Below are positions 8,429 to 17,715 of a DNA stretch of 64,000 bases, piece after piece. Within the stretch, counting starts at the first letter, position 1. The number at the start of each line of letters is the position of its first letter. Source of the stretch: Candidatus Aminicenantales bacterium (lineage in GTDB: Bacteria > Acidobacteriota > Aminicenantia > Aminicenantales > Saccharicenantaceae); contig JBEKXF010000008.1 in assembly GCA_049512315.1 (NCBI GenBank), forward strand, positions 1-64,000, in the 5' to 3' direction. The notes beneath the pieces are model-generated. The model was not told the DNA's origin, ran no database searches, and saw nothing but the letters and a program-made list of their open reading frames with translations. The position numbers and the translations under genes are program-made.

Positions 8429-8599
8429 GTCGGGGTTTCTTGTCCCGGCATGCTCTTCAGGCGTCGATTTTCGTTGCGATTGGCATCGCCGCCCTGAACC
8501 TAGCGCTCTGAGCATGAAATTTAAGTTGGCTTTCTGACAATTTCACCTGTCCTTGAACGTTGTTAGCCAGGGAAGAAATTGGGAAACGGGCAACTGCTC

Positions 8600-8633
8600 T
8601 TGACAAAAGAATGATAAAATCATATATTATATG
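8600..8633 (+). promoter_or_regulatory. Sigma70 promoter with two operator palindromes (TA operon)
   Basis: TTGACA(8600)-N17-TATATT(8623); ATGAT-AAA-ATCAT at 8611-8623 and CATATA-T-TATATG at 8621-8633. Confidence 0.75.
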
Positions 8634-8645
8634 CTGGAGTATGAA

Positions 8646-8873
8646 ATGATAAGAAAAACCGTGATGCTGGATGACAATCTTGCCAAGGACATCGATCTAT
8701 TCGCCCGAAAGGATGACCGAGATTTCTCCGGCGCCCTCAGGTACACCGCAAGAATTGGTCTTCTGGCCGTCGAAAACCCAGAGTTGACCGTCCAAGAGAT
8801 CAAGGACATCCTCGAAGCCAAGGCCGAGCATGAAGGGGGAAGAGTTACCGAGTTTGATATCCGGACGATCTAG
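8646..8873 (+). CDS. Type II antitoxin, ribbon-helix-helix-like
   Basis: ATG 8646 after GGAG; MIRKTVMLDDNL strand-helix pattern, acidic; abuts toxin gene. Confidence 0.7.
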   Translation: MIRKTVMLDDNLAKDIDLFARKDDRDFSGALRYTARIGLLAVENPELTVQEIKDILEAKAEHEGGRVTEFDIRTI

Positions 8874-9131
8874 ATGCGTCTCTTCGAGACTCCAAAGTTT
8901 CAGAAACTCAGGAGAAAGCTGAAAGAAGAAAGCGAACGCGACGCCTTGAAAGCCGCCATTCTCAGCATCGTCGAGAACCCCTTGGGCGGAAAGAAGCTCA
9001 AAGGAGAACTCAGAGACTTGCGCTCCTTCCGGTACACCGTCCAGGGGCAGCCGCGCCGCTTAATCTATAAACTCGAAGTAGACGCCGTCGTTTTATATTC
9101 CTTCGGACCCCGGCAGGGAATATACGGATGA
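8874..9131 (+). CDS. RelE/ParE-superfamily toxin
   Basis: 85 aa, basic; TPKFQK, NPLGGKKLKGEL, RLIY, FGPRQGIY. Confidence 0.85.
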   Translation: MRLFETPKFQKLRRKLKEESERDALKAAILSIVENPLGGKKLKGELRDLRSFRYTVQGQPRRLIYKLEVDAVVLYSFGPRQGIYG

Positions 9132-9186
9132 ACCAGCGGACCCTTCAGCGCAAGAAAGGGGTCGACGGCATGCTATAATGGGGTCC

Positions 9187-10224
9187 ATGACGGAACAAAA
9201 AACACCTCCGGCCTCCTCCTGGGCGGCGGCCCGAGACGCGGCCATCGAGGAATTCCTGGACCGGTACGCCGATTCGCCCGACCGCGACCTCCTGGCCGAC
9301 ATGATGGTGACGATTACCCGCCTCGCCCGCGATAAAACGGACCGCGGCGACCTTAAGCTCCTCACTTCAGCGTTCAAAGAACTCCGTTATGCCTTCAAGG
9401 TCTTTGCCCCGTACGAGCACGTCCGCAAGGTCAGCATCTTTGGTTCGAGCCGGACGCCGGCTGACCATCCGGACTATATCCAGGCGCACGAGTTCGCCCA
9501 CCGCATGCGGATGCGGAGCTGGATGGTCATCACGGGGGCCGGCGACGGGATCATGCGGGCCGGGCACGCCGGTGCCGGCCGGGCCGCGAGCTTCGGCGTC
9601 GCCATCCGGCTGCCCTTCGAGCAGAAGACGAACGCGATCATCGCCCAAGACCCCAAGCTCATCAACTTCAAGTATTTCTTCACCCGGAAGATCTTCTTCC
9701 TCAAGGAGGCCTCGGCCATCTGCCTCTTCCCCGGCGGATTCGGGACCCACGACGAGGGCCTGGAGGCGCTGACCATGGTCCAGACGGGTAAGACGACCCT
9801 CATCCCGATCGTCCTCGTCGACGCCCCGGGCGGCACGTACTGGCAGCACTGGCGGACCTACGTCAAGGCGGAGCTCCTCCATAACGGGATGATCGGCGAG
9901 GAGGACATGAACCTCTTCATGCTCACCGACGATGTCGACGCGGCCGTGGAGGAGATCACCGGCTTTTACCGGCGCTTCCATTCGATGCGGTACGTGGGCG
10001 AGAACCTCGTCCTTCGGCTGAGCTCGCCGCTCCCGCCAGCGTCCCTCGAAAAGATCAACGACGCCTACCGCGGGATCCTCACCCGCGGCCGGATCGAGCA
10101 GTGCTCCGGCCCGGTCGAGGGCGAGCAGGACGAATTCCCAGGGATGCCGAGGCTCGTTCTCGCGTTCAACCGACGCGACGTCGGCACCCTGCGCCTTCTC
10201 GTCAACGACGTCAACCGGCCCTGA
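9187..10224 (+). CDS. LOG-family nucleotide phosphoribohydrolase, long form
   Basis: VSIFGSSR, ITGAGDGIM, LPFEQ, FKYFFTRK, PGGFGTHDE. Confidence 0.9.
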   Translation: MTEQKTPPASSWAAARDAAIEEFLDRYADSPDRDLLADMMVTITRLARDKTDRGDLKLLTSAFKELRYAFKVFAPYEHVRKVSIFGSSRTPADHPDYIQAHEFAHRMRMRSWMVITGAGDGIMRAGHAGAGRAASFGVAIRLPFEQKTNAIIAQDPKLINFKYFFTRKIFFLKEASAICLFPGGFGTHDEGLEALTMVQTGKTTLIPIVLVDAPGGTYWQHWRTYVKAELLHNGMIGEEDMNLFMLTDDVDAAVEEITGFYRRFHSMRYVGENLVLRLSSPLPPASLEKINDAYRGILTRGRIEQCSGPVEGEQDEFPGMPRLVLAFNRRDVGTLRLLVNDVNRP

Positions 10225-10240
10225 AAACCCCCGTTTCGGC

Positions 10241-13200
10241 CTACTTCCTTTTATCGGGATAGGCCGGGTGCTTGGGAACCTCGACCGGCTGCTTTTTTAT
10301 GAGCTCCTGGAGATGCTTGACCGCCGCTTCGAGCTGGGCGTCCTTCCCGAGGAACGTCGCGTGGGGCAGGTTGTCGACAACGATGTCCGGGTCGACGCCG
10401 TGGCCCTCGATGAGCCACTCTCGCTCCGGACCGTAAACGCCCATCTCAGCCGCCGAGGCCAGCCCCCGGTCCACGAGAACATTCGATGAGCTCAGCCAGA
10501 TCTCGCCGCCCCAAGTCCGGGTGCCGATGACCTTACCCAGGCCCAGCCGGCGGAAGCCTTCGCTGAAAGCCTCGCCGTCCGACGCCGTGTCTTCGTCGCA
10601 CAACACCACCATGTGACCCCGGAAGGCGTATTGCATGTTCCAGGTCGGGTTGCCCACCCGGCTTTGCCAGTAGAACCAGGCCCGCCGCATGAGCTTCTCC
10701 AGGATCCACGAGTCGATGTTCCCGCCGCGGTTGTGGCGGACGTCGATGATCAGGCCCTTGCGGTCGAAGACGGGATAGAAATTCTTGACCCATTCGGTGT
10801 AGTTATCGTTGCCCATCGCCCGGAGGTGGACATAGCCGATGTCGCCCTTCGCTGCCTTATCGACCTCGAGCCGCCGGGTGTATTCCCATTCCGAATAGCG
10901 GAGGTCGGATTCGGCTCCCGGCGTGATCGGATAGACGATGGCCTTAAGGGCCCCGCCGCCCCCGGCCGGCTTGACCTCGACGAGGACCTGCTGGCCGGCC
11001 GTGTTCCGCAGCAGGAGCGACGGGTCGGCGACGCCGAGCGTCGCCGTGCCGTTGATCGACGTGATCACGTCGCCCTCGTGGATGTCCGTCATCGGCTTGG
11101 CGAGGGGCGAGCACCGTTCGGGATACTCGGGGTCGGAGCGATAGATGTGCTCGACCCGGTAGCCGCCCGCGGCCTCGTCGCGGACGAGCCTGGCCCCGAG
11201 CGATCCGGGCGCAACGCTGTCGGCCCCCTGCCGGATGTCGCCGCCCCTGACGAAGGTGTGAAGGGCCGAGAGTTCGCCGACGAGATGGGCCAGGAGGTCG
11301 TTGAGCTCGGACCGGTCGCTGACCCTTTCGACGAACGGCTTGTGGCGCTCGAGGAGGCCCTGGTAGTCGACGTTGTGGAGGTTCCGGTCATAAAAATAAT
11401 CCCGCTCCATGCGCCAGGCATCGGTGAACATCTGGCGCCATTCCTGGCGGGGGTCGATGGAGAACGTCCAGCGCGAAAGGTCGACCTTCTTCTCGCCGAG
11501 CGCCGCAGGGGCTGCAGTTGACGCGTCGATCACGTAGAGGTCGCTGTCCTTCTGGACGAGGATCTTTTTTCCGTCCGCCGACAGCTCGAAGTTCCGGACA
11601 TCCTCGATGAGCGTCTTGACCTGGACGTTCCGGTTCTTGATCTCGACAGCCTGGAGCTTGCCCCGGCCCGCCGCGTTGCTCTCCCTGTCGATGAGGAACA
11701 GGACCTTATCGCCGACGACGAGCTGGGAATAGACGCCGGCCGCGAGGGGGACCTCGAAGACGCGGTCCTGGATCCCGGCGAGCTCGATCACGACCTTCGG
11801 CACAGCCTCTTTGGCGCCCTTGGCCTCGGCGGGCTTGTCCGTTTTCCCGGCCGGCGCGGAGGCGGCCTTGGCTTCGTTGACGTCCTTCCTCTCCTTCTCG
11901 TCGGGGTTGAGTTCGTTCGCCGGCGCGAAGGGAAAGATCTCTTTGGCCGTCAGGGCCATGGCATAGATCTTGGTCGTCTTGTCAAAATAGGGCTCCGGCT
12001 GGCGCGGACCCCAAGGGCCGCCGACGGCGCTCCGGAAATAACGGTCGGACAGGAAATAGAGCCACTTTCCGTCGGGGCTCCAGACGGGGTTATAGGAATC
12101 GACGCGGTCGTTCGTCAGCTCGGTCATCTGGTCCGCCGCAGCGTTGAGCACCATGATCTGCTGGAAGCCGTTATCGGCCGGCCGGACAAAAGCCAGCCAC
12201 CGGCCGTCCGGGGACCAGGCGAGGTCGTCGAACATCCCGTTTCCGGATTCGGCGATCTTGCTGAGGGTCTTTCTCTCGCCGTTCCAGACCCAAAGCTGGT
12301 AGTCCTTGTCGGCGAAGGCGATGGACCGGCCGTCGGGAGAAGGGACTCCGTCGAAGCGGATGACCCGGGCCCCCGTGGTCAGCTGTTCGCCTGCCGCGAG
12401 CCCGTCGGCCGCGAAGCGATGGAAGTCCCATTCGCCCGTCTCATCCGAGAGGACCATCAGGCTTTTCCCGTCCCCGAGGAAGCGGGCAGCCCGGTTGCGG
12501 ACCCCATCCTTGCGGCTGACCCGGACCCACCGGCCGTCGCCCACCGGAGCGACGAAGACGTTCCCGCGCGAAACGAGGGCCACCCGGTCGCCTGAGGGCG
12601 AGAGGTGCGCGGAGGTCAGGTAATCCGCCGGCTTGGTGATCCACTTCTCCCGCATCTGGTCAAAGTCCGAAGGGAGCGTGACATCGAGCCGGACGTCCTT
12701 TCCCGCGGCGATGTCGTAGATGTGGAGGTCGGCCACGAGCTGGTAGGCGATCCTTCCGTTATCGAGCGATGGCGAGCTCACGTCGAAACCTTTGTGGAAG
12801 GTGTGCTGCCGGAGGTCCTTTCCGCCGTCGTCCATGGACCAGAGGTTCATGGTCCCGTCACGGTCGCTGACGAAATAGACCCGGCCCTGCCAGGTCATCG
12901 GGTTCTTGCTCGTCCCGGCGTAGTCCGCCGTCAGGGGCGCGGCCTCGGGATCCCCCATCGTGAACTTCCAGAGGCTCTGGGCGGTGCCGCCCTTGTAGCG
13001 CTTGGTGTAGCTTCCCTGGAACGGGAGGCGGGTGAAAAAGAGGGTCCGGCCGGCCGGGTCGAAGGCGCCGTCCGCGGCCTGGCTGAGCGGGAGGAGGGAC
13101 TCGGCGTTCGTTTGGGGGTCGAGGATGACGAGCTCGGTATTGGGGAGCGTCGAATATTTCTGGGTGGCGTAGATGATCTTTCCGTCCGGCGTCCAACCGA

Positions 13201-13543
13201 CGGGGATCGAGGTCTGGCCGGAGAACGTCCGGCGGACGGGAAGGCCTCCGGCGAGCGGCATCGTGTAGACCTCGGTCGGGCCCTCGTACTGGGCGGCGAA
13301 GGCGACCGTCGTTCCGTCGGGGGAGATGGCCGGGCTCATCTCGAGCCCCGGATGGGACGTCAGGCGGACGGCCGTTCCGCCCTTGATGTCGACCGACCAG
13401 AGGTCGCCCTCGGAGGTGAAAACGACCGTCGTCCCGCGAAGGGCCGGGAAGCGGTAATACCCGTTACGGCCGGCAGAAGAGAGTGGACCGGCCAGGGCTG
13501 CAAGGGCTAGGATGAGAATCGTAAAAACGAGACGTTTTTTCAA
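10241..13543 (-). CDS. Tricorn protease homolog (S41B), secreted
   Basis: TTG start after AAGGAG, signal peptide, PD40 propeller repeats (SPDG), PDZ-like region, DVRHNRGG, catalytic ASDGE, GTRTWGG, EGHGVDPD. Confidence 0.95.
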   Translation of the reverse strand: MKKRLVFTILILALAALAGPLSSAGRNGYYRFPALRGTTVVFTSEGDLWSVDIKGGTAVRLTSHPGLEMSPAISPDGTTVAFAAQYEGPTEVYTMPLAGGLPVRRTFSGQTSIPVGWTPDGKIIYATQKYSTLPNTELVILDPQTNAESLLPLSQAADGAFDPAGRTLFFTRLPFQGSYTKRYKGGTAQSLWKFTMGDPEAAPLTADYAGTSKNPMTWQGRVYFVSDRDGTMNLWSMDDGGKDLRQHTFHKGFDVSSPSLDNGRIAYQLVADLHIYDIAAGKDVRLDVTLPSDFDQMREKWITKPADYLTSAHLSPSGDRVALVSRGNVFVAPVGDGRWVRVSRKDGVRNRAARFLGDGKSLMVLSDETGEWDFHRFAADGLAAGEQLTTGARVIRFDGVPSPDGRSIAFADKDYQLWVWNGERKTLSKIAESGNGMFDDLAWSPDGRWLAFVRPADNGFQQIMVLNAAADQMTELTNDRVDSYNPVWSPDGKWLYFLSDRYFRSAVGGPWGPRQPEPYFDKTTKIYAMALTAKEIFPFAPANELNPDEKERKDVNEAKAASAPAGKTDKPAEAKGAKEAVPKVVIELAGIQDRVFEVPLAAGVYSQLVVGDKVLFLIDRESNAAGRGKLQAVEIKNRNVQVKTLIEDVRNFELSADGKKILVQKDSDLYVIDASTAAPAALGEKKVDLSRWTFSIDPRQEWRQMFTDAWRMERDYFYDRNLHNVDYQGLLERHKPFVERVSDRSELNDLLAHLVGELSALHTFVRGGDIRQGADSVAPGSLGARLVRDEAAGGYRVEHIYRSDPEYPERCSPLAKPMTDIHEGDVITSINGTATLGVADPSLLLRNTAGQQVLVEVKPAGGGGALKAIVYPITPGAESDLRYSEWEYTRRLEVDKAAKGDIGYVHLRAMGNDNYTEWVKNFYPVFDRKGLIIDVRHNRGGNIDSWILEKLMRRAWFYWQSRVGNPTWNMQYAFRGHMVVLCDEDTASDGEAFSEGFRRLGLGKVIGTRTWGGEIWLSSSNVLVDRGLASAAEMGVYGPEREWLIEGHGVDPDIVVDNLPHATFLGKDAQLEAAVKHLQELIKKQPVEVPKHPAYPDKRK

Positions 13544-13745
13544 GGCGAGCTCCTTTCCCGGCGTCTGGAATGCAAGGCCTATTGTACGGACGGTGCGCGG
13601 AATATTTCAACCGAAATTCTGCCCGGACCGGTGACGGCCTCCCCGCTTGACGGGTTTTTCGGTCTTGTTTTTTCGCCCCGGGTTTGCCATAATGAGGGCC
13701 GCTTGGCAGGCGTTCAAGGTCCCTGTCTCGCGGGGAGGGAAGAAC

Positions 13746-14213
13746 ATGGGAAACACGCAGACGATCTGGGTCGGGGACATCGCCCCAGATTTCACTCTCA
13801 AGGACCACCACAATCGCGAATTCAAGCTGTCCGCCTTCGCCGGAAAACGGGTCCTTCTGTCATTCCATCCCCTGGCCTGGACGCCGGTGTGCGCCGACCA
13901 GATGAAGGCCCTCGAGGCCAACAAGGCGACCTTCGACGAGCTGGACACCATCGCCGTCGGCCTCAGCGTGGACTCGTTTCCGACGAAACATGCCTGGGCC
14001 AAGGAGCTGGGCCTCAAGGACACCCGTCTCCTTTGCGATTTCTGGCCTCACGGCGCCGTCGCCCACGCCATGGGCATCTTCCGCAAGGAGGACGGTTTTT
14101 CCGAGCGGGCCAACATCATCGTCGACGGGCAGGGCCGCGTGGCCTTCATCAAAGTCTACGACATCCCGGAGCTCCCGGACCTCGAAGAGATCCTCGCTTT
14201 CCTGAGAAAATAG
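13746..14213 (+). CDS. Peroxiredoxin (AhpE/BCP-like)
   Basis: APDFTLKD, FHPLAWTPVC (PxxxTxxC), ERA Arg motif. Confidence 0.9.
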   Translation: MGNTQTIWVGDIAPDFTLKDHHNREFKLSAFAGKRVLLSFHPLAWTPVCADQMKALEANKATFDELDTIAVGLSVDSFPTKHAWAKELGLKDTRLLCDFWPHGAVAHAMGIFRKEDGFSERANIIVDGQGRVAFIKVYDIPELPDLEEILAFLRK

Positions 14214-14312
14214 CCGCAGAAAAAGCGCGGCCGGAGCGTTTTCCGCTGGAGAAATTCGTTTATCTGAACAAGTACGCCGGGTAACCCGGCCGGAGGCTTC
14301 CGCCGGTCCGCC

Positions 14313-15557
14313 TCAGATCAGGACCTCCCGGGGAATGTCCCTCAGGTTGAAGGTCGAGGCCATGCTGCGGCAGTAGGCTCCCGCCACCAGCACCGCCAGG
14401 ATCTCCCCGCTCTTGGGCCGGGGCATGAGGCGTTCTTTTCCGAAGACGTCGCCCGTCTCGCAGAGGTTTCCGGCCACCGTCAGCCGGGCCAGGGGCCGGC
14501 CCCCGACCCGCGAGGCGTTGACGATCTCGTGGAAGGCATGGAGGTAGATGGCCGGCCTCGGGACGGTATTGTAAGTCCCGCCGTTGACGCAGGCGAAGAG
14601 GTTGCCGTAGCTCTTCTTGACGTACTCCGTGCGGAGGAGGAGCGCGCCCGGCTCCCCGACCAGGAATTTCCCCGGCTCGATGGCGATGGCCTTGATGCCG
14701 AGGCGCGCCGTCCCGACGGCCCGGGCCACGTATCGGATATAGCTATTGACCGGAAAAAGGGCCTGCTCCCGGGTGTAGCGCGGGCCGAACCCTCCGCCGA
14801 AATCGAGGAACTCGAGTTGGAAACCCCTTTTTTCGAGCTCGGCCGCCTTGCGGACCATCCTGTCCACGGCCTTCCTGACGGTCGGGAAATCCTCCCTGAC
14901 CCAGCCGGAGCCGAGGTGCTGGTGGAGTCCGACCGGGACGAATCCCAGCGCCCGGGCCCGCTCGAAGACCGCGAGGACCCGGCTCTCCTCGACGCCGAAC
15001 TTGATGGGGGTCCCGTCCGACGACCTCTCCCCGGCGGTGACGACGCGGGGGTTGAAGCCGCGGCCGATCCCCGGGTTCCAGCGGACCGACACCCGGACCT
15101 TCCGCCCGGGGCATTTCCTGCGCTTGAACCGCCCCATGATCTCGAGCTCCTCGGCGGCGTCGATGTTGAGGGTCAGGCCCTTGACGGAGAGGACCCTGTC
15201 AAGGTCCTCGAGGCTGACGCTCGTTCCCGTGAAGAGGATGCGCTCCGGCGGAAAGCCCGCGGCCATGGCCGCGTCAACCTCGTTCGGAGAGACGGCGTCG
15301 ATCCGGGCGCCTTTCCTTTGGAGGAGACGCAGGATTCCGGCATGGGGATTGGCCTTCATCGCGTAGCAGATCCAGGCGTCGAGCGGGGAGCTTGAGGCCA
15401 GGGCCTTTTCGAGGAGGCCGTAGCGGGCCAGGACGGCCTTTTTCCCGTAGACATAAAGCGGGGTGCCGAATTCCCGGGCCAGGTCCTCGGCCTTCCGGCC
15501 GGCCAGCCAGAGCTTGTTCCTTTTGACGGTCGCGAAGTCGTTTTCCCACCAGTTCAT
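14313..15557 (-). CDS. lysA: Diaminopimelate decarboxylase
   Basis: GTPLYVY, YAMKAN (PLP Lys), KFG, HQHLGS, DFGGGF, EPGK, CETGD, GAY. Confidence 0.9.
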   Translation of the reverse strand: MNWWENDFATVKRNKLWLAGRKAEDLAREFGTPLYVYGKKAVLARYGLLEKALASSSPLDAWICYAMKANPHAGILRLLQRKGARIDAVSPNEVDAAMAAGFPPERILFTGTSVSLEDLDRVLSVKGLTLNIDAAEELEIMGRFKRRKCPGRKVRVSVRWNPGIGRGFNPRVVTAGERSSDGTPIKFGVEESRVLAVFERARALGFVPVGLHQHLGSGWVREDFPTVRKAVDRMVRKAAELEKRGFQLEFLDFGGGFGPRYTREQALFPVNSYIRYVARAVGTARLGIKAIAIEPGKFLVGEPGALLLRTEYVKKSYGNLFACVNGGTYNTVPRPAIYLHAFHEIVNASRVGGRPLARLTVAGNLCETGDVFGKERLMPRPKSGEILAVLVAGAYCRSMASTFNLRDIPREVLI

Positions 15558-16492
15558 GATGATTTCCCGTCCTTGTCGTCTGTTTTTCCCGGCCCTTCCT
15601 TCTCCCGGAAAAGGTCCATCTGGCCGCCGCGGATCCTGCGGACGATCTCCCGGAGGACCGGGTATTTTTCGAGGAGAAGCTCCGGGACGTCCACTTTTTC
15701 GCCGGTGACCATGTTGCGGATCTGGAGAGCGTTGGCCATGGCCTGCCCCCGATAGTGGTTGTTGGTGATGACATAGACCTTGCCGCTTTTTTTCCCGAGG
15801 TCCTTGATCCGCTGGATCCAGTCGTTGAGCTCGTCTTTCGTGTACAGATAATCGTAGCGGTCGTCCCGGCCGGCCCCCTCCCGGAACCAGTTCTCGTAGT
15901 TCCGGCCGTGGAGCCGGACGTAGGCGAAGTCCGGGTTCGTGCTCACGGCCGAAGGCTTGATCGAATCCTTAAAGACCGGCTGGTCGATGTTGCAGAACGC
16001 CACCCGGTTGTCCCTGAGCATGTCGTAGAACCCGGGAGTGTCCCAGGTCCCATGGCGGACCTCCAGGGCAAGGGGGTATCCGGCGAAAAGGCCGAACAGG
16101 CGGACAAGGTAGGCCGCGTTCGCCTCCGTGCCCGCGAAGGACCAGGGGAACTGGATGAGCAGGGCGGCCAGCCGGTTCCGGACCCGGAGGAGATCGATCC
16201 CGGCCTTGAATTCGTCCACGTCCTTTTGGGAGAAATCCTTCCGCATGTGGGTGAAGACCTGGTGGAGCTTGACGGAAAAGAGGAAATCCGGATGACCTTC
16301 GACCTTCTTGAGCCAGGAGAGGGCCAGGACAGGGGTGGCCGGCCGGTAGAAGGTGCTGTTGATCTCGACGATATTGATGTAGCGCATCAGGTAAATAAGG
16401 GGATGAAAGCCGCGGTCCTTACGGGCGGGGTAGACGACGCCCTCCCAATCCTCGTAGCTCCAGCCGGCCGTGCCGATGTGATATTTCGTCAT
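15554..16492 (-). CDS. DUF72 family protein
   Basis: IGTAGWSY, VEINSTFY, YVRLHGRN, YDYLY, NNHYRGQA; ATG 16492 after AGGAG. Confidence 0.9.
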   Translation of the reverse strand: MTKYHIGTAGWSYEDWEGVVYPARKDRGFHPLIYLMRYINIVEINSTFYRPATPVLALSWLKKVEGHPDFLFSVKLHQVFTHMRKDFSQKDVDEFKAGIDLLRVRNRLAALLIQFPWSFAGTEANAAYLVRLFGLFAGYPLALEVRHGTWDTPGFYDMLRDNRVAFCNIDQPVFKDSIKPSAVSTNPDFAYVRLHGRNYENWFREGAGRDDRYDYLYTKDELNDWIQRIKDLGKKSGKVYVITNNHYRGQAMANALQIRNMVTGEKVDVPELLLEKYPVLREIVRRIRGGQMDLFREKEGPGKTDDKDGKSS

Positions 16493-16682
16493 CGCCGCTC
16501 CTATTTTAGAAAAAAAGCGTCCAATATCCAACGAAAATCGATTGCGGTTATCATTTCTTAAATATCTTCCCGGCCCCGATGGTCGCTTCGTTCCTTCCGA
16601 TCGAATCCAAGCCAGGCAAGACGTACTGGAATAATTTCCGAATTTGACTTCGTCCGGCCGCCGGGCATATCTTTGGGAGCCG

Positions 16683-17666
16683 ATGGTTACCCCGCTTTCC
16701 ACAGGTTTCGATTTCGTGGCGGGGATCCGCGCCGCCCACGAACGGATCCGGAGAGATGTCGTCCGGACGCCGGTCGAGCTCTCCGAGACCCTGAGCGACA
16801 TGACCGGGGCCCGGGTCCTCATCAAGTGGGAAAGTGATCAGACGACCGGTTCGTTCAAGCTCCGGGGCGCCCTGAACAAGTTGCGGTCCCTGACGCCCGG
16901 GGAACGGGAGCGTGGGGTGGTCTCCGCCTCGACGGGCAACCACGGCCTGGCTATCAGCCACGCCGCGAAGCTCGAGGGGATCGGACTCAGGCTCTTCCTC
17001 CCGGCCACGGTTTCGGATATCAAGAGGAAAAAGATCGAGGCCCTGGGCGTCCATCCCGAATTTTTTGGCTCGAGCTGCGAGCAGACCGAGGCCCACGCCC
17101 GGGAACAGGCGGACAGGACGGGCCGGGTTTTCGTTTCGCCCTACAATGACCGGGATATCGTCTGCGGCGCCGGCACCGTCGGGCTCGAGATCGCCGAGGA
17201 CGCTCCCGGGATCGACGACGTCCTCGTCCCCGTCGGCGGCGGCGGTCTCATCGCCGGCATCGCGGCCTACCTCCGGAGAACGAGGCCTGCGGCGCGGGCG
17301 GTCGGGGTCGAGCCCGAAACATCGGCGTTCATGGCGGCCTCGGTCGAGGCCGGCCGTCTCGTGGAGATCGAGGAGGAGGAGACGATCGCCGACGCCGTCG
17401 CCGGGGGCATCGAGCCCGGCGCCGTCACCTTCCCCCTCTATCGCGACCTCGTCGACCGGACGCTCGTCGTCCCGGAGGCCCTAATCGCGTCCTCGATGGC
17501 CCTCCTTTTCGAACGGCACCACAAGATGATCGAGGGGGCGGGGGCCCTGCCGGTCGCCGGGCTTCTCGCCCGCCCTGGAGATTTCCGCGGCCGGAGCGTC
17601 CTTGTCGTCGTGAGCGGCCGGAACGTGGCCCCGGAAAAGTTCCGGGCGATCACTGGATTGTCATGA
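16683..17666 (+). CDS. Threonine/serine dehydratase family PLP enzyme (no ACT domain)
   Basis: TGSFKLRGA, ASTGNHG, PVGGGGL. Confidence 0.9.
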   Translation: MVTPLSTGFDFVAGIRAAHERIRRDVVRTPVELSETLSDMTGARVLIKWESDQTTGSFKLRGALNKLRSLTPGERERGVVSASTGNHGLAISHAAKLEGIGLRLFLPATVSDIKRKKIEALGVHPEFFGSSCEQTEAHAREQADRTGRVFVSPYNDRDIVCGAGTVGLEIAEDAPGIDDVLVPVGGGGLIAGIAAYLRRTRPAARAVGVEPETSAFMAASVEAGRLVEIEEEETIADAVAGGIEPGAVTFPLYRDLVDRTLVVPEALIASSMALLFERHHKMIEGAGALPVAGLLARPGDFRGRSVLVVVSGRNVAPEKFRAITGLS

Positions 17667-17715
17667 AAATGTTGCCCGCGGGGAGTTTTTTGAATATGAT
17701 GAGGCGAGAGCGTCG

